DNA of 63,984 bases, counting the filler, from Stramenopiles sp. TOSAG23-2 (taxonomy: Eukaryota), in NCBI GenBank assembly GCA_900128395.1. It is 5 parts of 5 records of this genome, joined end to end, with 100 filler letters (N's around TTAATTAATTAA, not from the genome) between each part and the next. Parts side by side here need not be neighbours in the genome. Positions count along the whole stretch, not along the records: positions 1 to 12,924 come from LT649827.1; 4 more parts are not named here. One strand, 5' to 3'. Positions within the stretch are counted from its first letter, which is position 1. Each line of letters begins with the position of its first letter. The translations under genes and the position numbers were made by a program. The notes beneath the pieces were generated by a model, which saw nothing but the letters and a program-made list of their open reading frames with translations, did no database searches and was not told the origin of the DNA. Positions 1 through 11,591 of the stretch are shown here, piece after piece.

Positions 1-1086
1 ATTAATATTAACGACTGGATAACTAAAAATGACTTTTTTATTTTTTTTAGTTATTATTCTATTATTCGTAATTGTAGTGATATATTTTCGAAAAATACAA
101 TGTGATCTTCGTAATACTTTTTTACCTATTATTATCATTACTTAGTAAAAACCGCAAAGAAAAAAAACAAACAAACAAACAAACAAACAAACAAATTGTA
201 CGTATATATGTATCTATGTATCTATTTTCTTTTTCTTTCTTTGTATAAATTGCCACATCAATCTAGATATCATATTCTATCATATATATTAATTCAATTA
301 ATATACAAAAAACTAAAACGTAGGAATGAGAGAAGCTTTTTTTTGTTCTTTTTCGGGGCCGCACTTCCAATACTCTTTTTTTTTAAAGGTTTTTATATTG
401 CACAAACATATTATATAAACATATATTATACAATGTTAAAAATATTTATATATATCGGATATATTGATATAAAAATAGAAAAAATTGAATATTAGTCTTT
501 TAACCTACAATGCTATGTCTATCCTGTGTGTATATGACCTAAAAAGAACATGAATAAAATCAAAAGGGAAAAATCGTTAAATACATCACATTTATAATAC
601 TGGCGATGGGGCATACGGTGTCACATGTTGTTCAAACATTCCTTGCTTGAGTAAATGTTTATCTTTTTTCTGTATTCCGTTGGTGCTTTTTTGGCGGAAA
701 AGTATTGCATGGCATGTCTCAGAACAGAAATAGTGATAAATTTTTTAAAAAGCATGACATTTATTTTAAACTATTCTAGATAAAAAAATTTTAATTTGCA
801 ACACCTTAATAGAATAATAATTAAGGATGGTTCAAAAACAGTTAAAATAATGCTAGCTACAGTACTGTAATGATGTGTCATCCAGTGTTATAATATATTC
901 AACAAACCATCATCACTATAATAGTAATACGTGCATACGTTCAAATATATAAATTATACATTTATAATAATCAAATAGAAAAAGAAGTTTTGATCTCATT
1001 CACTGTACTGTATTATTGTGTGAATCGGTGTACTTATCATCATATATATATTTTGTAAATACATATATATACATGTATATATATTT

Positions 1087-2653
1087 ATGATGGATCAATC
1101 CAACAACAACAACAACCAGAAAAATAGAAATACATGGCATATTTCCTCAGATGATTCAGAGGATGAATCAAATTCTAGCTCTATGAATCCTTTACCAAAC
1201 CCAACTATAAATATGTATAATCAACATAAAGCGGATGCGTTAGTACAGAAAAAAAATAAAGCAGATAGATATGATTTACCAAAACAATCTACGTGGTTCT
1301 TCTCTACAGTGTTAATATGCACGATTGCTGTTATGTGCGTTAGTACAGAAAAAAAATAAAGCAGATAGATATGATTTACCAAAACAATCTACGTGGTTCT
1401 TCTCTACAGTGTTAATATGCACGATTGCTGTTATGCTGGAGCGATTTATTATAGTGTTCGATGGGATGGGTGAGAAACACGAAGCATTTTTACATATTGA
1501 AATTTTTTCCTGTGTTTTATTATCATTTCTATGTTGTGGAATGATATATACATCCTTTGTTTATTTAACCAGGGTGAATGTATATATGCTGTATAATTAT
1601 TGCATTATGCATTTCATGCTACTGGCATACAATTCATTATACGTTGTAATACCGTCTGCGCGCTGTTCGCAAAATGATAATATTAACAACGTATGCCCAA
1701 TAACATTTTATATTTTACTCGTATTTACAGGTATTATAATTTATTTTGTATATCGTATACATGAGGATATGGCATGGTTATTTTTTAAACGTGTTGGTGC
1801 GTTGCCGAAAATGAGGAGATTATATAGTACGTATTTATTAGTACGAAGCTCTACTTCATTAAATGTTATATGTGCACTTTTGATTACGACATCTACTTGG
1901 AAATTTACAGTGTTGAATAAAGTTGATTTAGGAAATATCATTGCATTGATTATTGTAACATTAGCATTATTAGCAACTGAATATTTGGGACGATATTATA
2001 TGAAATTTGGAATTGAAAACGAAGATAAACAATTAGTACAAAGAAGTTTTTATTTAAGTTTATTTCTACCAATTTATACTATCTACTCCATAGTTGTTGG
2101 GGTATCTGCTTGGGAAAATCGATTTAATGCGGTGTTTACCGTCACAAGTGCTGAGAAAGCAGCAGAGGAAGGGGAAAAGACAAATGATTATGGTGTGCAT
2201 TATGCAAATGAAATTTTATTTGGTATTGCATTGAGTGTATTTTTAGGAATGATGGTATTTATTATGCGAATTAGAACATTTTTAAAAATGAAATACTTAC
2301 AAGCAAATTTCGGGCAAGGTTTACCAGAGAAAGTCTTGAATGATAACTTTTTCTTTACTGTTTATGACTTATTACCACTTTTGGAACGATTTCGTCCTAA
2401 TAAACATATTAGCAGTGGTAAATTAAAGGCAAGGCAAAGGGAGAATGATAAATTAGAAGCTGATGATGATGGTAGCTTTAAAATTAGAACCGTATCTGGG
2501 ACGAATTTAATTGATGTTAAGATTGATACTGATGCTAATAAATCACCTGCAATGAATGGTGCTGTGGAATTTTACCACCAGCACCTCTTGCACCATATCC
2601 TAATGATGAAGGGACAATTAAATTTGCACGTTGACCCAGACTCATTTGCATGA
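1087..2653 (+). CDS. Multi-pass membrane protein, UPF0658-like; split by a 100-bp duplication and with a chimeric 3' end
   Basis: ORFs 1087-1359 and 1325-2653 join in frame if one copy of the perfect repeat 1236-1335/1336-1435 is removed. About 7-8 hydrophobic segments. The motif DMAWLFFKRVGA...RRLYSTYL resembles the W..YK.I.AD...R.Y..YQ motif of the UPF0658 family. Sequence after about 2570 is antisense FKBP coding sequence. Confidence 0.6.
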
Positions 2654-4655
2654 CACCTTGATCCCATCCTTTAATAACTTGACCAACACCTATTGTAAAC
2701 ACGAATGGAGAATCACGATCTCTGGATGAATCAAATTTTTTACCATCTGCTTTTAATGTACCTGTGTAATGCATTGTTAACTTATCACCTTTTTTTGGAA
2801 ATGTTTTTCCATCCCCTTCTGTTATTGTCTCCAATTCAACACTTGGTGGATCACCTCTTTCTTCAATTGCTTTCATGATTTCATCTAATTTTTTACATGC
2901 CTCTTCTCTATCACCTTTCATAGCATTAGCTTTTGCCTCTTCAATTAAACGTTGAATTGGTAAATCTGGACGGTCAAGTGCAAAAATTGCACGTTGCAAA
3001 TGGCTCCATGCAGCCATGTTTGCAAACCAAGATTTGTCTGCAATACTACCGATACGCAATGCTTCAAGAAATTGCATCGTTGCTTCGATTAGTTTTTTTT
3101 GATCCCCTAGTGCTATACCATGATTTACACGGACACGAATGTACGTTTTATTCAATTCAATAGCAACAGTGTAACTTTTAATAGCTTCTTCAGGTCTGCC
3201 AGAATTAGCAAGTGTTGCACCTAATTTATTCCACAAGGTACTATCATTTGGTGAAAGTTGACATGCTTTGTTTAAAACTTCTGATGCAGCTTGACGATCA
3301 CCAGCAACATTGTAAAGGACACCTAAAATTTCTAAAGCTTTTGAATCGTTTGGAAATTTTTCAGTAACTTTCAAATACAACGAAATCAATTGTTTATTAT
3401 CAATTTTTTCCTTATCAACACTATCAAAACCTTCCATACCAGCCCCTTTTGTTAATACCCAATCAAGCAAATTTTTAACTGCCATTGCACTTTGGCCTTC
3501 GTTAAATGAAGCAACTGCTTTACCAGGCAATGCTTTAAATAATATACTAGTTTCCGTCAATGCTTTGTCACTATTTGATGTTATTGCTAAATACGATCGC
3601 ATTGCAAGGTTGTCATCGTCCATATCAGCATAGCATTGTCCAAGCATCAATAACGCTTCGTTTTTCTCTTCCAAAGCATCGTCGGCAGCATTTTTTGCAA
3701 CTCTTGCATACATTCTAGCAGCATCAATGGAATTGCCACCGTCATATATTACTTTCGCAATATTTAATGTAGGAGTACGTCCATCATTTTCATCGCCACA
3801 GTCAACGGTACTCAAATCAATTGGTTTTGGTGGATCTTTGCGTCTTGGTTGACCACCACCACCACCACCACCTCCCATCATTTGTTGCTGTTGTTTTTGT
3901 TGCATGACTTGTTGCAAAACTTTTATTTGAATCATTGGTTTCATATCATCCAATGTTGCAGCAGAGAAAAACGCATCCTTTTCTTCAGCTGGTAATTCTT
4001 GTAATTTTTTTTGCCATGCTTCAGCAGCTGGTTTCAACTCTTTCATCTTTTCCATTGCTTTGTCCATATCAAGTGCCATTAATTCTTGTTGCATTTGTTG
4101 CGCATATTCTTGAACTTCCTTCTCCATTTTTTCTCTTTTTTCAACTTCTTCTTTTCCATACAATGCAACCATAAAACTTAATTCTTGTTGCATTTGTTGC
4201 GCATATTCTTGAACTTCCTTCTCCATTTTTTCTCTTTTTTCAACTTCTTCTTTTCCATACAATGCAACCATAAAACGTCCCTTTTCAATTTCACAAAACA
4301 TTTTGTAACGCTGCAACAATGCCATATCTTTTTTTTCATTGACATAATGTTTCATTGCCTTATCTAAATAATCTTCATCAATTGTTGAAGATTTTTCACT
4401 CTCTGATAAAACACATTTGGCCCAACGTTGGTTATATTCATCTTTCAGGCGTTTTGATAAAATTTCAGCTTTTTCTTTCATTCCTAAACTTTTATCAATG
4501 TCTGCTCCCATGACTTCCAAATATTTGTCACTAACTAAAAATTCTTCTGCGGAACTTAAAAAATTCTCTAGTTGTTCTTTCGTACATGGTGGTGCTTCTG
4601 TTTTGGATGTTGTTTCTTCCGTATTACCTTTTTGCTCTGATGCTATAGATGCCAT
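2535..4655 (-). CDS. PEX5-like TPR protein with a C-terminal FKBP-type PPIase domain (last FKBP strand missing)
   Basis: LGVLYN...LSPNDSTLWNKLGATLANSGRPEEAIKSY..AIEL...YIRVRVNHGIA matches the PEX5 TPR5-7 signature. HYTGTL..GKKFDSSRDR..PF.FTIGVGQVIKGWD...LGYGARG is FKBP12-like. Contains an in-frame 99-bp duplication at 4079-4276. Confidence 0.85.
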   Translation of the reverse strand: MASIASEQKGNTEETTSKTEAPPCTKEQLENFLSSAEEFLVSDKYLEVMGADIDKSLGMKEKAEILSKRLKDEYNQRWAKCVLSESEKSSTIDEDYLDKAMKHYVNEKKDMALLQRYKMFCEIEKGRFMVALYGKEEVEKREKMEKEVQEYAQQMQQELSFMVALYGKEEVEKREKMEKEVQEYAQQMQQELMALDMDKAMEKMKELKPAAEAWQKKLQELPAEEKDAFFSAATLDDMKPMIQIKVLQQVMQQKQQQQMMGGGGGGGGQPRRKDPPKPIDLSTVDCGDENDGRTPTLNIAKVIYDGGNSIDAARMYARVAKNAADDALEEKNEALLMLGQCYADMDDDNLAMRSYLAITSNSDKALTETSILFKALPGKAVASFNEGQSAMAVKNLLDWVLTKGAGMEGFDSVDKEKIDNKQLISLYLKVTEKFPNDSKALEILGVLYNVAGDRQAASEVLNKACQLSPNDSTLWNKLGATLANSGRPEEAIKSYTVAIELNKTYIRVRVNHGIALGDQKKLIEATMQFLEALRIGSIADKSWFANMAAWSHLQRAIFALDRPDLPIQRLIEEAKANAMKGDREEACKKLDEIMKAIEERGDPPSVELETITEGDGKTFPKKGDKLTMHYTGTLKADGKKFDSSRDRDSPFVFTIGVGQVIKGWDQGVMQMSLGQRANLIVPSSLGYGARGAGGKIPQHHSLQVIY

Positions 4656-5171
4656 ATTTTGTATTATAAATATGATTCAAATTACGTGTGCGGTGTTGTA
4701 TAATTGTACTAATTCTTTTTATATATGTGTGTGTGTAGTAGTAGTAGTAGTAGATATATATAATTGTATCCTTGTTCCTTTGATTTATGAATTATTATTT
4801 GATATATATTACTCATAACTACTAATAAAGATATATATGTTATTATGGTTTTTTTTTTTCAGTCTAATGTGGTAGTGTTGGGTTCCCAACAATGCTATTT
4901 CCACCTTGTTCTTAGAAAAACATGAAAAAAACAAATTCGCAACTTTTTTTTGTGTGGATGGTGGATGGTGGTGGATTATTAAGCGGAATTATTAATTAGT
5001 GTACTGTAATAGTGGATAAATAGTATTTGTACGCCTCGTTTGTCAAAGTACTTACAGCCTGGACAGGGCTTAAGTTTTAGTTTCGATTTTGGTCTTTTTT
5101 TTTTGGATTTTGGCACTTCTTTGGATGAAAATAATTTTTTAATGATGCTGGGATGCCATATTATGTATTAA

Positions 5172-5415
5172 TAGTTGAATTATGTGTCCAACTAACTTGC
5201 AGTTTGCATAATTTATGCGGTAGATAGATATGGAAGTTGAATATAGGTTACACAAGTTGTTAAAATAGGTTCAAGATTTATATATATATATATAAGTTGA
5301 ATACTTTGAATAGCTATATTAGTTGAATACTTTGAATCGGTATAAGTTGAATAGCTTGAATAGATATAAGTTGAATACTTTAAATAGATATATATGATAT
5401 AAGTTGAATTGAATA
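5172..5415. repeat. Cluster of AGTTGAATW motifs upstream of the esterase
   Basis: Seven copies at about 5173, 5235, 5295, 5321, 5345, 5369 and 5402. Confidence 0.75.
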
Positions 5416-5519
5416 GATAATTATATTTATATAGTTAAATAGTAGTTTACAAAAAAGAAGAAGAAGAAAAAAAACGTGTATTATTATAAATATACATTAT
5501 ATACGATAATAATAATACA

Positions 5520-7271
5520 ATGTCATCAAAACCACAAATAAAAGTGCAACAAGGCATAATTGAAGGTGTGCATAATAATGAGAATCATGTAATTTCATTT
5601 AAAAATGTGCCATTTGCAAAACCACCAGTCGGAGAATTAAGATGGAGAGCACCGCAACCACCATTATCTTGGTCGGGTATTCGTGACTGTACAAAGCCTG
5701 GTAAAGCTTCATTGCAAGATGCTGCTTTTGATCCACCAGGTACAGTTGGAAGTGAATTTACAGCAAATATTTTCAGAATTGCAGGTGTTGACCCAAAAAA
5801 CTTTTCTCGTGTTTCACCTAGTGGATATAGTGAAGACTGTTTAATATTAGACATTTATGCCCCAGAAGAATCAATATTATTAAAAAATCAACCTTCATTA
5901 CCAATTATGGTTTGGTTTCATGGCGGGGCACATCGTAGCGGAAACTCAAGTGGGTATGATGGAAGTACGCTTTGCCAAACAGGGAACAAATGTATCGTTA
6001 TCTGTGCACAATATCGTTTAGGTTTATTAGGATTTTTTACGCATCCAGAGTTAAACAAAGAGCAAGGTGGATATTCTGGTAACTATGGGTTGATGGACCA
6101 TGTAGCTGCATTGGAATGGGTACGAGATAATGCACATACCTTTGGTGGTGATAAAAACAACGTCTCAATATTTGGTGAAAGTGCTGGGGGCAGTAGTTGT
6201 ACAGCTTTGATGGTTGCACCCTCTGCAAAAGGACTATTTCACCGTGCAATTTCTCAAAGTGGAACAGGAGTTCGAGTTGCTCAAGCAATTGATGAACCGA
6301 AAGGCTTACAAGGGTCAAAAGATAAAGGCATCATGCTTCAAAATGCGATGAAAGTGAATTCGTTGGCAGAATTGCGGAAAATACCTGGAGAAATATTGAT
6401 GAAAGAAGCATCAAAATACGGCACAAACCGAATGGTGCAATTAGCTGCACGCGGTGGTGTGACTGCAGATGGAAAATTTTTACCAGAATATGGCATCGAA
6501 GAGGCGTTTAAACGTGGGGAACATCATAACGTGCCATTTATTGTTGGTTTTAATGCTTTAGAAGGTGGTAGTTTCTTCCCTGTTATGCCTGTACCTGCAC
6601 CTGAGGCATTTGCATTGGAGACAGTACGGCACATGCCGGTGAATACAAAGGTCAAATATGATGCTGTTATGAAACACTTAACAAATAATAATCAACTTTT
6701 GGAAGAACGATTGACTGAATTGTTTTCGCGACATATAAAAAAAAGTGGAAGCACCGACAAAGATGTGATTACAATTCAAACCATTATGAATGGAGACACT
6801 TTATTTGGTGCACCATCGGAATTGTTAGCCGCGCATGGAGCAAATGCATATAAAAAAATGCCTGGAAAGGCACCAGTTTATATGTATGTATTTTCACGAA
6901 TTCCCGATGGGGAATTTGGTCCAAAAATTGGTGCATTCCATGCTGCTGAAATAGACTTCGTTTTCGGTGGTGGATTAGGTATGAGTAAAGGATTGCCTGC
7001 AAAAGGTGATGACAAGTTGAAAGAAGTAATGTCGAATCATTGGGTAGAATTTGCTCATAATGGCAAAGTTAAAGGATGGGAACCGTATGATGCAAGTTTA
7101 CAACGTTTTATGGAATATGGTCAAGCTGGTAAACATGGTATGACAGTAGATACATATATGAATGAACGTTTTGCATTATTGGAGGAAGCAAATTTAATTG
7201 GTGCGAAAGGGGAAAAATTAGCAAGGGTTAAAAACACAACCGAAAAAGTTGCTGTTGGTGCAAAATTATAA
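5520..7271 (+). CDS. Type-B carboxylesterase (COesterase family), predicted peroxisomal
   Basis: VPFAKPPVGELRWRAP, SEDCL, WFHGG, nucleophile motif GESAG, Glu in NALEG and His in AFHAAE. C-terminal -AKL is a PTS1. No signal peptide. Confidence 0.93.
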   Translation: MSSKPQIKVQQGIIEGVHNNENHVISFKNVPFAKPPVGELRWRAPQPPLSWSGIRDCTKPGKASLQDAAFDPPGTVGSEFTANIFRIAGVDPKNFSRVSPSGYSEDCLILDIYAPEESILLKNQPSLPIMVWFHGGAHRSGNSSGYDGSTLCQTGNKCIVICAQYRLGLLGFFTHPELNKEQGGYSGNYGLMDHVAALEWVRDNAHTFGGDKNNVSIFGESAGGSSCTALMVAPSAKGLFHRAISQSGTGVRVAQAIDEPKGLQGSKDKGIMLQNAMKVNSLAELRKIPGEILMKEASKYGTNRMVQLAARGGVTADGKFLPEYGIEEAFKRGEHHNVPFIVGFNALEGGSFFPVMPVPAPEAFALETVRHMPVNTKVKYDAVMKHLTNNNQLLEERLTELFSRHIKKSGSTDKDVITIQTIMNGDTLFGAPSELLAAHGANAYKKMPGKAPVYMYVFSRIPDGEFGPKIGAFHAAEIDFVFGGGLGMSKGLPAKGDDKLKEVMSNHWVEFAHNGKVKGWEPYDASLQRFMEYGQAGKHGMTVDTYMNERFALLEEANLIGAKGEKLARVKNTTEKVAVGAKL

Positions 7272-7750
7272 AAAATGTTCGTGGTGTACGAATTCGTAAT
7301 TTGGTTCATACGTGAGAACTCTTGTTGTAGTTGGTTACAAATTTTTGAAAGAATAAAATATAATACGAAGTATATAAGAGGTAATATTGTGTGTGTAAAA
7401 AATACATTTTATGCATATGCATAAAATAATTGATGTGGGTTAAAATCTAAGAGGTTATATTTCGTAAAAATAAAATTTTACTTCCCATGGTAAATAATAT
7501 GCTCAATACTCAATCACAAGAAACAAGAATAATATTCTATCCTACTATAATGAAAAGCTCTAATGCACGTTTGCAAACTAATACGTACTCCACAAGCACG
7601 AGTAGGTTTCTATCCTTCCATCTTCGTTCGTTGAACATAATACAAAAAAAATAAATTATATATCATACGAGATCTCGAAGTATACACATATATAAATACA
7701 TATATATATATCCTAAAAACAACAACATAGATAATCATTAATATTGGCAA

Positions 7751-9964
7751 CTATTGTTTAGACAAGGCTAAGAAAAATCGTCTTCGCTGCTGATGGCCTT
7801 GCCATAAGCGGTCAAAGTATGATGATGCGTTAATATTTGCTACTCCACAATCAATACCAGGCAGACCTTCATACAATAATATCTTATTCTTTCTAGATAT
7901 ATCATGTACTCTATAATCTTTATTTTTGTTAATTACCGTGGAGGATTTCAATACATGATTTAAATTATCAACAATTTTTAATAAAAACTTTGCATACCAT
8001 TCATTATCAGTCAATATGGTCATAATACCATCGTCCGTTAATGCGTTTGCCATCGATTTAAAAAATTCCCCGGATAATAAATGTGACGATTGTGAATCAT
8101 GATCTTCACCTTTCTGTTGTGGTGGTTCTGGATAATTGACAAAAATAAACTTTGCACAACTTGATTGAATATGCAATGGTAGTATTATACTAGCATCACC
8201 ACTAATTATGGATAAGTTATGACAATTATCAAACATCGAGCGGCAAAATATTTGATAAATACGATCGTGTCGTATTTCCATAGATACCCAATCAGAACCA
8301 GGATCATTTTTTGCTTGACTAACAACCCATTCACCAGCACCGGAACATATTTCAATTTTAACAGGGCGTTGCTGTTGTTGTTCTTGTTGTTGCTGTTGCT
8401 GCTGGTGGTTTTGCTTCTTATTACTGCCTTTTTCATCACTAATACTGCCATACATTAAAGTTTTTAAATTAATTTTTTCTGAATTATTATCCAAAATACT
8501 AGTGAAATGATTTAAAAATTGATTTTCATTTAATGAATATTTAGCTATTAGAGTTTTTAAACCAAAACCTTCATATAAACCATCGCAAAGTACATGGGGG
8601 AAGGAATTATCATTGTTACCATTATTATGATAATTATTATTATCGTCGTCGGATAATAATGTTCCATTTCTTACTAATGGAATTACACAGGTACGCTTTA
8701 AAAATGATATTAATATATCTATTTGTCTTTCATTGTTTATATTCTTCTCTTTTTGTAACTTTACATAATCCAACATCATTTCTATTTCTTCCCGCATTTC
8801 ATGTCGTCGATGTTGTTTAAATAATTTTAAAGATTCATTACGAGTATCGCTAGAAGCTTGGGAACCCCAACCACGCTTACCACCTTTAGTTTGACTTGCA
8901 TTTTTTTTATCATCAAGCCTTTTTTTGGTCGTTATCATTGTCGAAGAAGAAGATGATGACGACGACGTCTCTGTTGCTTGATTTTCTTCCATCTCTTCCT
9001 CTTCTTTCAGAAACAACAATGCTTTCTTTCCAGTTTTATTAGATGCTTTCCAACGACCTAGTATTGCATTACAACGACACATACATAAGTATAATGCTGG
9101 ATTGTTACATATAGATAAATCATTATTTGTTTTTGCTTTTAATCTTCCAACCATAGTATTAACAACTTCAATTTTTAATCCACGGCATAACAATGCAATT
9201 ACGTATTCCCATGAACTTGCATCAGGTATTATTTCCCATTTTTTTTCCATATTATGTAATATATCCAATGCTTTTGATACTTTGCCAATTAATATACAAC
9301 CACGTAGAAGAGTATTTCCAGTGCGTACGTTTGGGACTATCCTGTTTGCTAGCATTTTATCCGCAAGCTTTAAACCCTCGTTTAGCCTACCTTCATTGCA
9401 TAAACCTTTTATCACTGTTGTATATGATACAATATCTACTAGATTCATTGATGCTAAGAGTTTCTCCGCAGATGCAACGTCGCCACATCTTACATATGCA
9501 TTGATTGTTGCAGCATATGTGTGAGAGTTTGCTAAACCACGATTTTTTGCATTGTTAAATGCAAGTACTGCTTCATTCAATTGTTTTCTAGATGCAAAGA
9601 CAGCTATTGATTTATTAATTTTCACAGTTTCAGGGGATGTTTTTTTTAATTTTCTTTTCTTTGAATTTTTATTATTCTGATGATTTCCGTGAATCATAGA
9701 TTGATTTTTCTTATATTCATTATTGTGATTGTTATTTTTAGATTCTTTTTTATTTTTCTTGTTATTACTGTTTGGAAATTTAAATACCATTTGTTGAGGT
9801 AAATTGTCTATAATAGATTGATTTTTTTTATATTTATTATGGTGATTGTTATTTTTGGATTTTTTTTTATTTTTCTTGTTATTACTGTTTGGAAATTTAA
9901 ATACCATTTGTTGAGGTACACCGTCTAAAGACGACGTCCCTCGTTTCTTTCTTTTCTTTCCCAT
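7751..9964 (-). CDS. PPR protein with a C-terminal TrmB-like tRNA m7G methyltransferase domain (PPR-TGM type)
   Basis: PPR motifs TYAATINAYVRCGD, SYTTVIKGLCNEGRL and PNVRTGNTLLRGC. SAM-binding region IEICSGAGEW...SMEIRHDR...GDA...VNYPEP...LTDN is TrmB-like. Basic Lys/Asn-rich N-terminus with a 117-bp duplication. Confidence 0.85.
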   Translation of the reverse strand: MGKKRKKRGTSSLDGVPQQMVFKFPNSNNKKNKKKSKNNNHHNKYKKNQSIIDNLPQQMVFKFPNSNNKKNKKESKNNNHNNEYKKNQSMIHGNHQNNKNSKKRKLKKTSPETVKINKSIAVFASRKQLNEAVLAFNNAKNRGLANSHTYAATINAYVRCGDVASAEKLLASMNLVDIVSYTTVIKGLCNEGRLNEGLKLADKMLANRIVPNVRTGNTLLRGCILIGKVSKALDILHNMEKKWEIIPDASSWEYVIALLCRGLKIEVVNTMVGRLKAKTNNDLSICNNPALYLCMCRCNAILGRWKASNKTGKKALLFLKEEEEMEENQATETSSSSSSSSTMITTKKRLDDKKNASQTKGGKRGWGSQASSDTRNESLKLFKQHRRHEMREEIEMMLDYVKLQKEKNINNERQIDILISFLKRTCVIPLVRNGTLLSDDDNNNYHNNGNNDNSFPHVLCDGLYEGFGLKTLIAKYSLNENQFLNHFTSILDNNSEKINLKTLMYGSISDEKGSNKKQNHQQQQQQQEQQQQRPVKIEICSGAGEWVVSQAKNDPGSDWVSMEIRHDRIYQIFCRSMFDNCHNLSIISGDASIILPLHIQSSCAKFIFVNYPEPPQQKGEDHDSQSSHLLSGEFFKSMANALTDDGIMTILTDNEWYAKFLLKIVDNLNHVLKSSTVINKNKDYRVHDISRKNKILLYEGLPGIDCGVANINASSYFDRLWQGHQQRRRFFLALSKQ

Positions 9965-10919
9965 CTACGTATTTCTTGTTTTCAACATGTATTCATTTAA
10001 TCACACGGTGGATATTGCTTTTCTCTTTCACGTCCTTTGCAATTAATACTATAAATATTATTAGAAGAAGAAGAAGAAGAAGAAGAAAAGCAACAAACAA
10101 CAACAATAATTTAAATCGTGTTCGCGTAGGCGCGTAGGGGTGATTTTGGGGGAGTATACGAAGGTCAGTACTTACACCGAATTCCCATATGGTCTTTTGC
10201 TATATGATTTAGTAGTCTTAGAAATCGTACCACTCCGTTCCTGAAGTCGGTTACAATGGGGCAAGAGAGAAGGGTCGGAAAAATATCAAAAAAAAATTTT
10301 TCCTGTTGTGCCATCATACTATATGTCCGCAAGGGATAGCATGTCACTCAGTTATGTGGTGAATGAACAACTTTTTCCACCAAAATAGCGTTTTTTTTGT
10401 AAATCGGGATGATAGAGAAAATGTGTTTTACATACTTAATTCGTCGAAAATTAATATATTTTTGCTTTGTTAATAATCTTAGGACATGTTGTATACATTT
10501 GTTGTACCTAAAATGGTATTATCTTTAGCTAAATGTCAGTACGTATAGGTTTTGTATTAAGGAAATACAAAAAATTATAGAAGAAAGTGGATAGAAATTA
10601 GAAAAAATACCAAGATATTGAAATAACCGCAACAATTGGCAAAAAATTACAAGAAACCGAGGATTTTGTAAATAAAGTATTAACAAAAATTTAATAGCAC
10701 AATAGTGTATTTTTAATATTTAAGGATACCAGACGATTTAGAAACACAGCTGGACAGGTGATAGAAATAAGAACAAATTGAAGTATAAAAATATCTAATT
10801 GGTGCAATTGAAATAATGTTTTGTGTTTACACACTTATAGATGTATGTACATATTATATAAAACAATTACAAATAGCATTATATAACATACATAAACAAC
10901 TACTATATTAAAAAAAAAA

Positions 10920-11591
10920 ATGGCATCTACAAGCAAACAACATCATCATTTAAAGTATTTAAAAACAAACTTAAATACATTACCACTTGAAAAAAGAATA
11001 CAATTAATTGAAGATAAACAACAAATATCAGATACATTATATCGATATGCAGCAGGATTAGACTCACAAGATTGGGTATTATGGAGAAAATGTTTCACGG
11101 ATAAAGTAGTTTTTGATATGCGTTCTATCATGCCATGGTGGAGAAATACAGAGCGTGATAAACGGCGTGCAACGTCTGCGGATAAAAATGTTGCTGGTAT
11201 TAAAATACAATTTGCTGGTTTATCAAATACACAACATTTATTAGGAAATCATCGATATATTGAGTTGGATGTGAATTTTGAGGATGGTACAGGTACAGCA
11301 CGTGTTATATCAACAATGCGAGCGGAACATTGGTGTCCAGAAGCTGGGGAAGGGAAAGATCGATACACAATGCTTGGTTATTACGACGATCGCTTAATAC
11401 GTGTACCAGAAACTGGTGAATGGAAATTATGTGAAGTACAATTAAATGTTACACGTGTTGAAGGTAATCCAGAAGTAATGAAACTTGCAACTAAAATTGG
11501 TAAATTAAAATCAAAAACATTACCAAATACTGGTGGTAAAAATGCATGGAATATACGAAATGGAAAATCAACAATTGAATCAAGGTTGTAA
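10920..11591 (+). CDS. SnoaL-like/NTF2-fold protein (LinA/BaiE/scytalone dehydratase-like), predicted peroxisomal
   Basis: EDKQQISDTLYRYAAGLDSQDW...CFT, TQHLLGNH and GYYDDRL...WKL are typical of the SnoaL_4 family. C-terminal -SRL is a PTS1. Confidence 0.85.
   Translation: MASTSKQHHHLKYLKTNLNTLPLEKRIQLIEDKQQISDTLYRYAAGLDSQDWVLWRKCFTDKVVFDMRSIMPWWRNTERDKRRATSADKNVAGIKIQFAGLSNTQHLLGNHRYIELDVNFEDGTGTARVISTMRAEHWCPEAGEGKDRYTMLGYYDDRLIRVPETGEWKLCEVQLNVTRVEGNPEVMKLATKIGKLKSKTLPNTGGKNAWNIRNGKSTIESRL

Noticed and set aside
196-495. 99-aa ORF at the window start
   Set aside because: Low-complexity AT-rich translation (Y/I/F/L) with a non-ATG start, consistent with non-coding DNA.
10120-10420. GC-richer intergenic stretch as an snRNA or transposon end
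   Set aside because: ACTTAC is not followed by the U1 CTGG, and I recognised no Sm-site architecture or partner inverted repeat.
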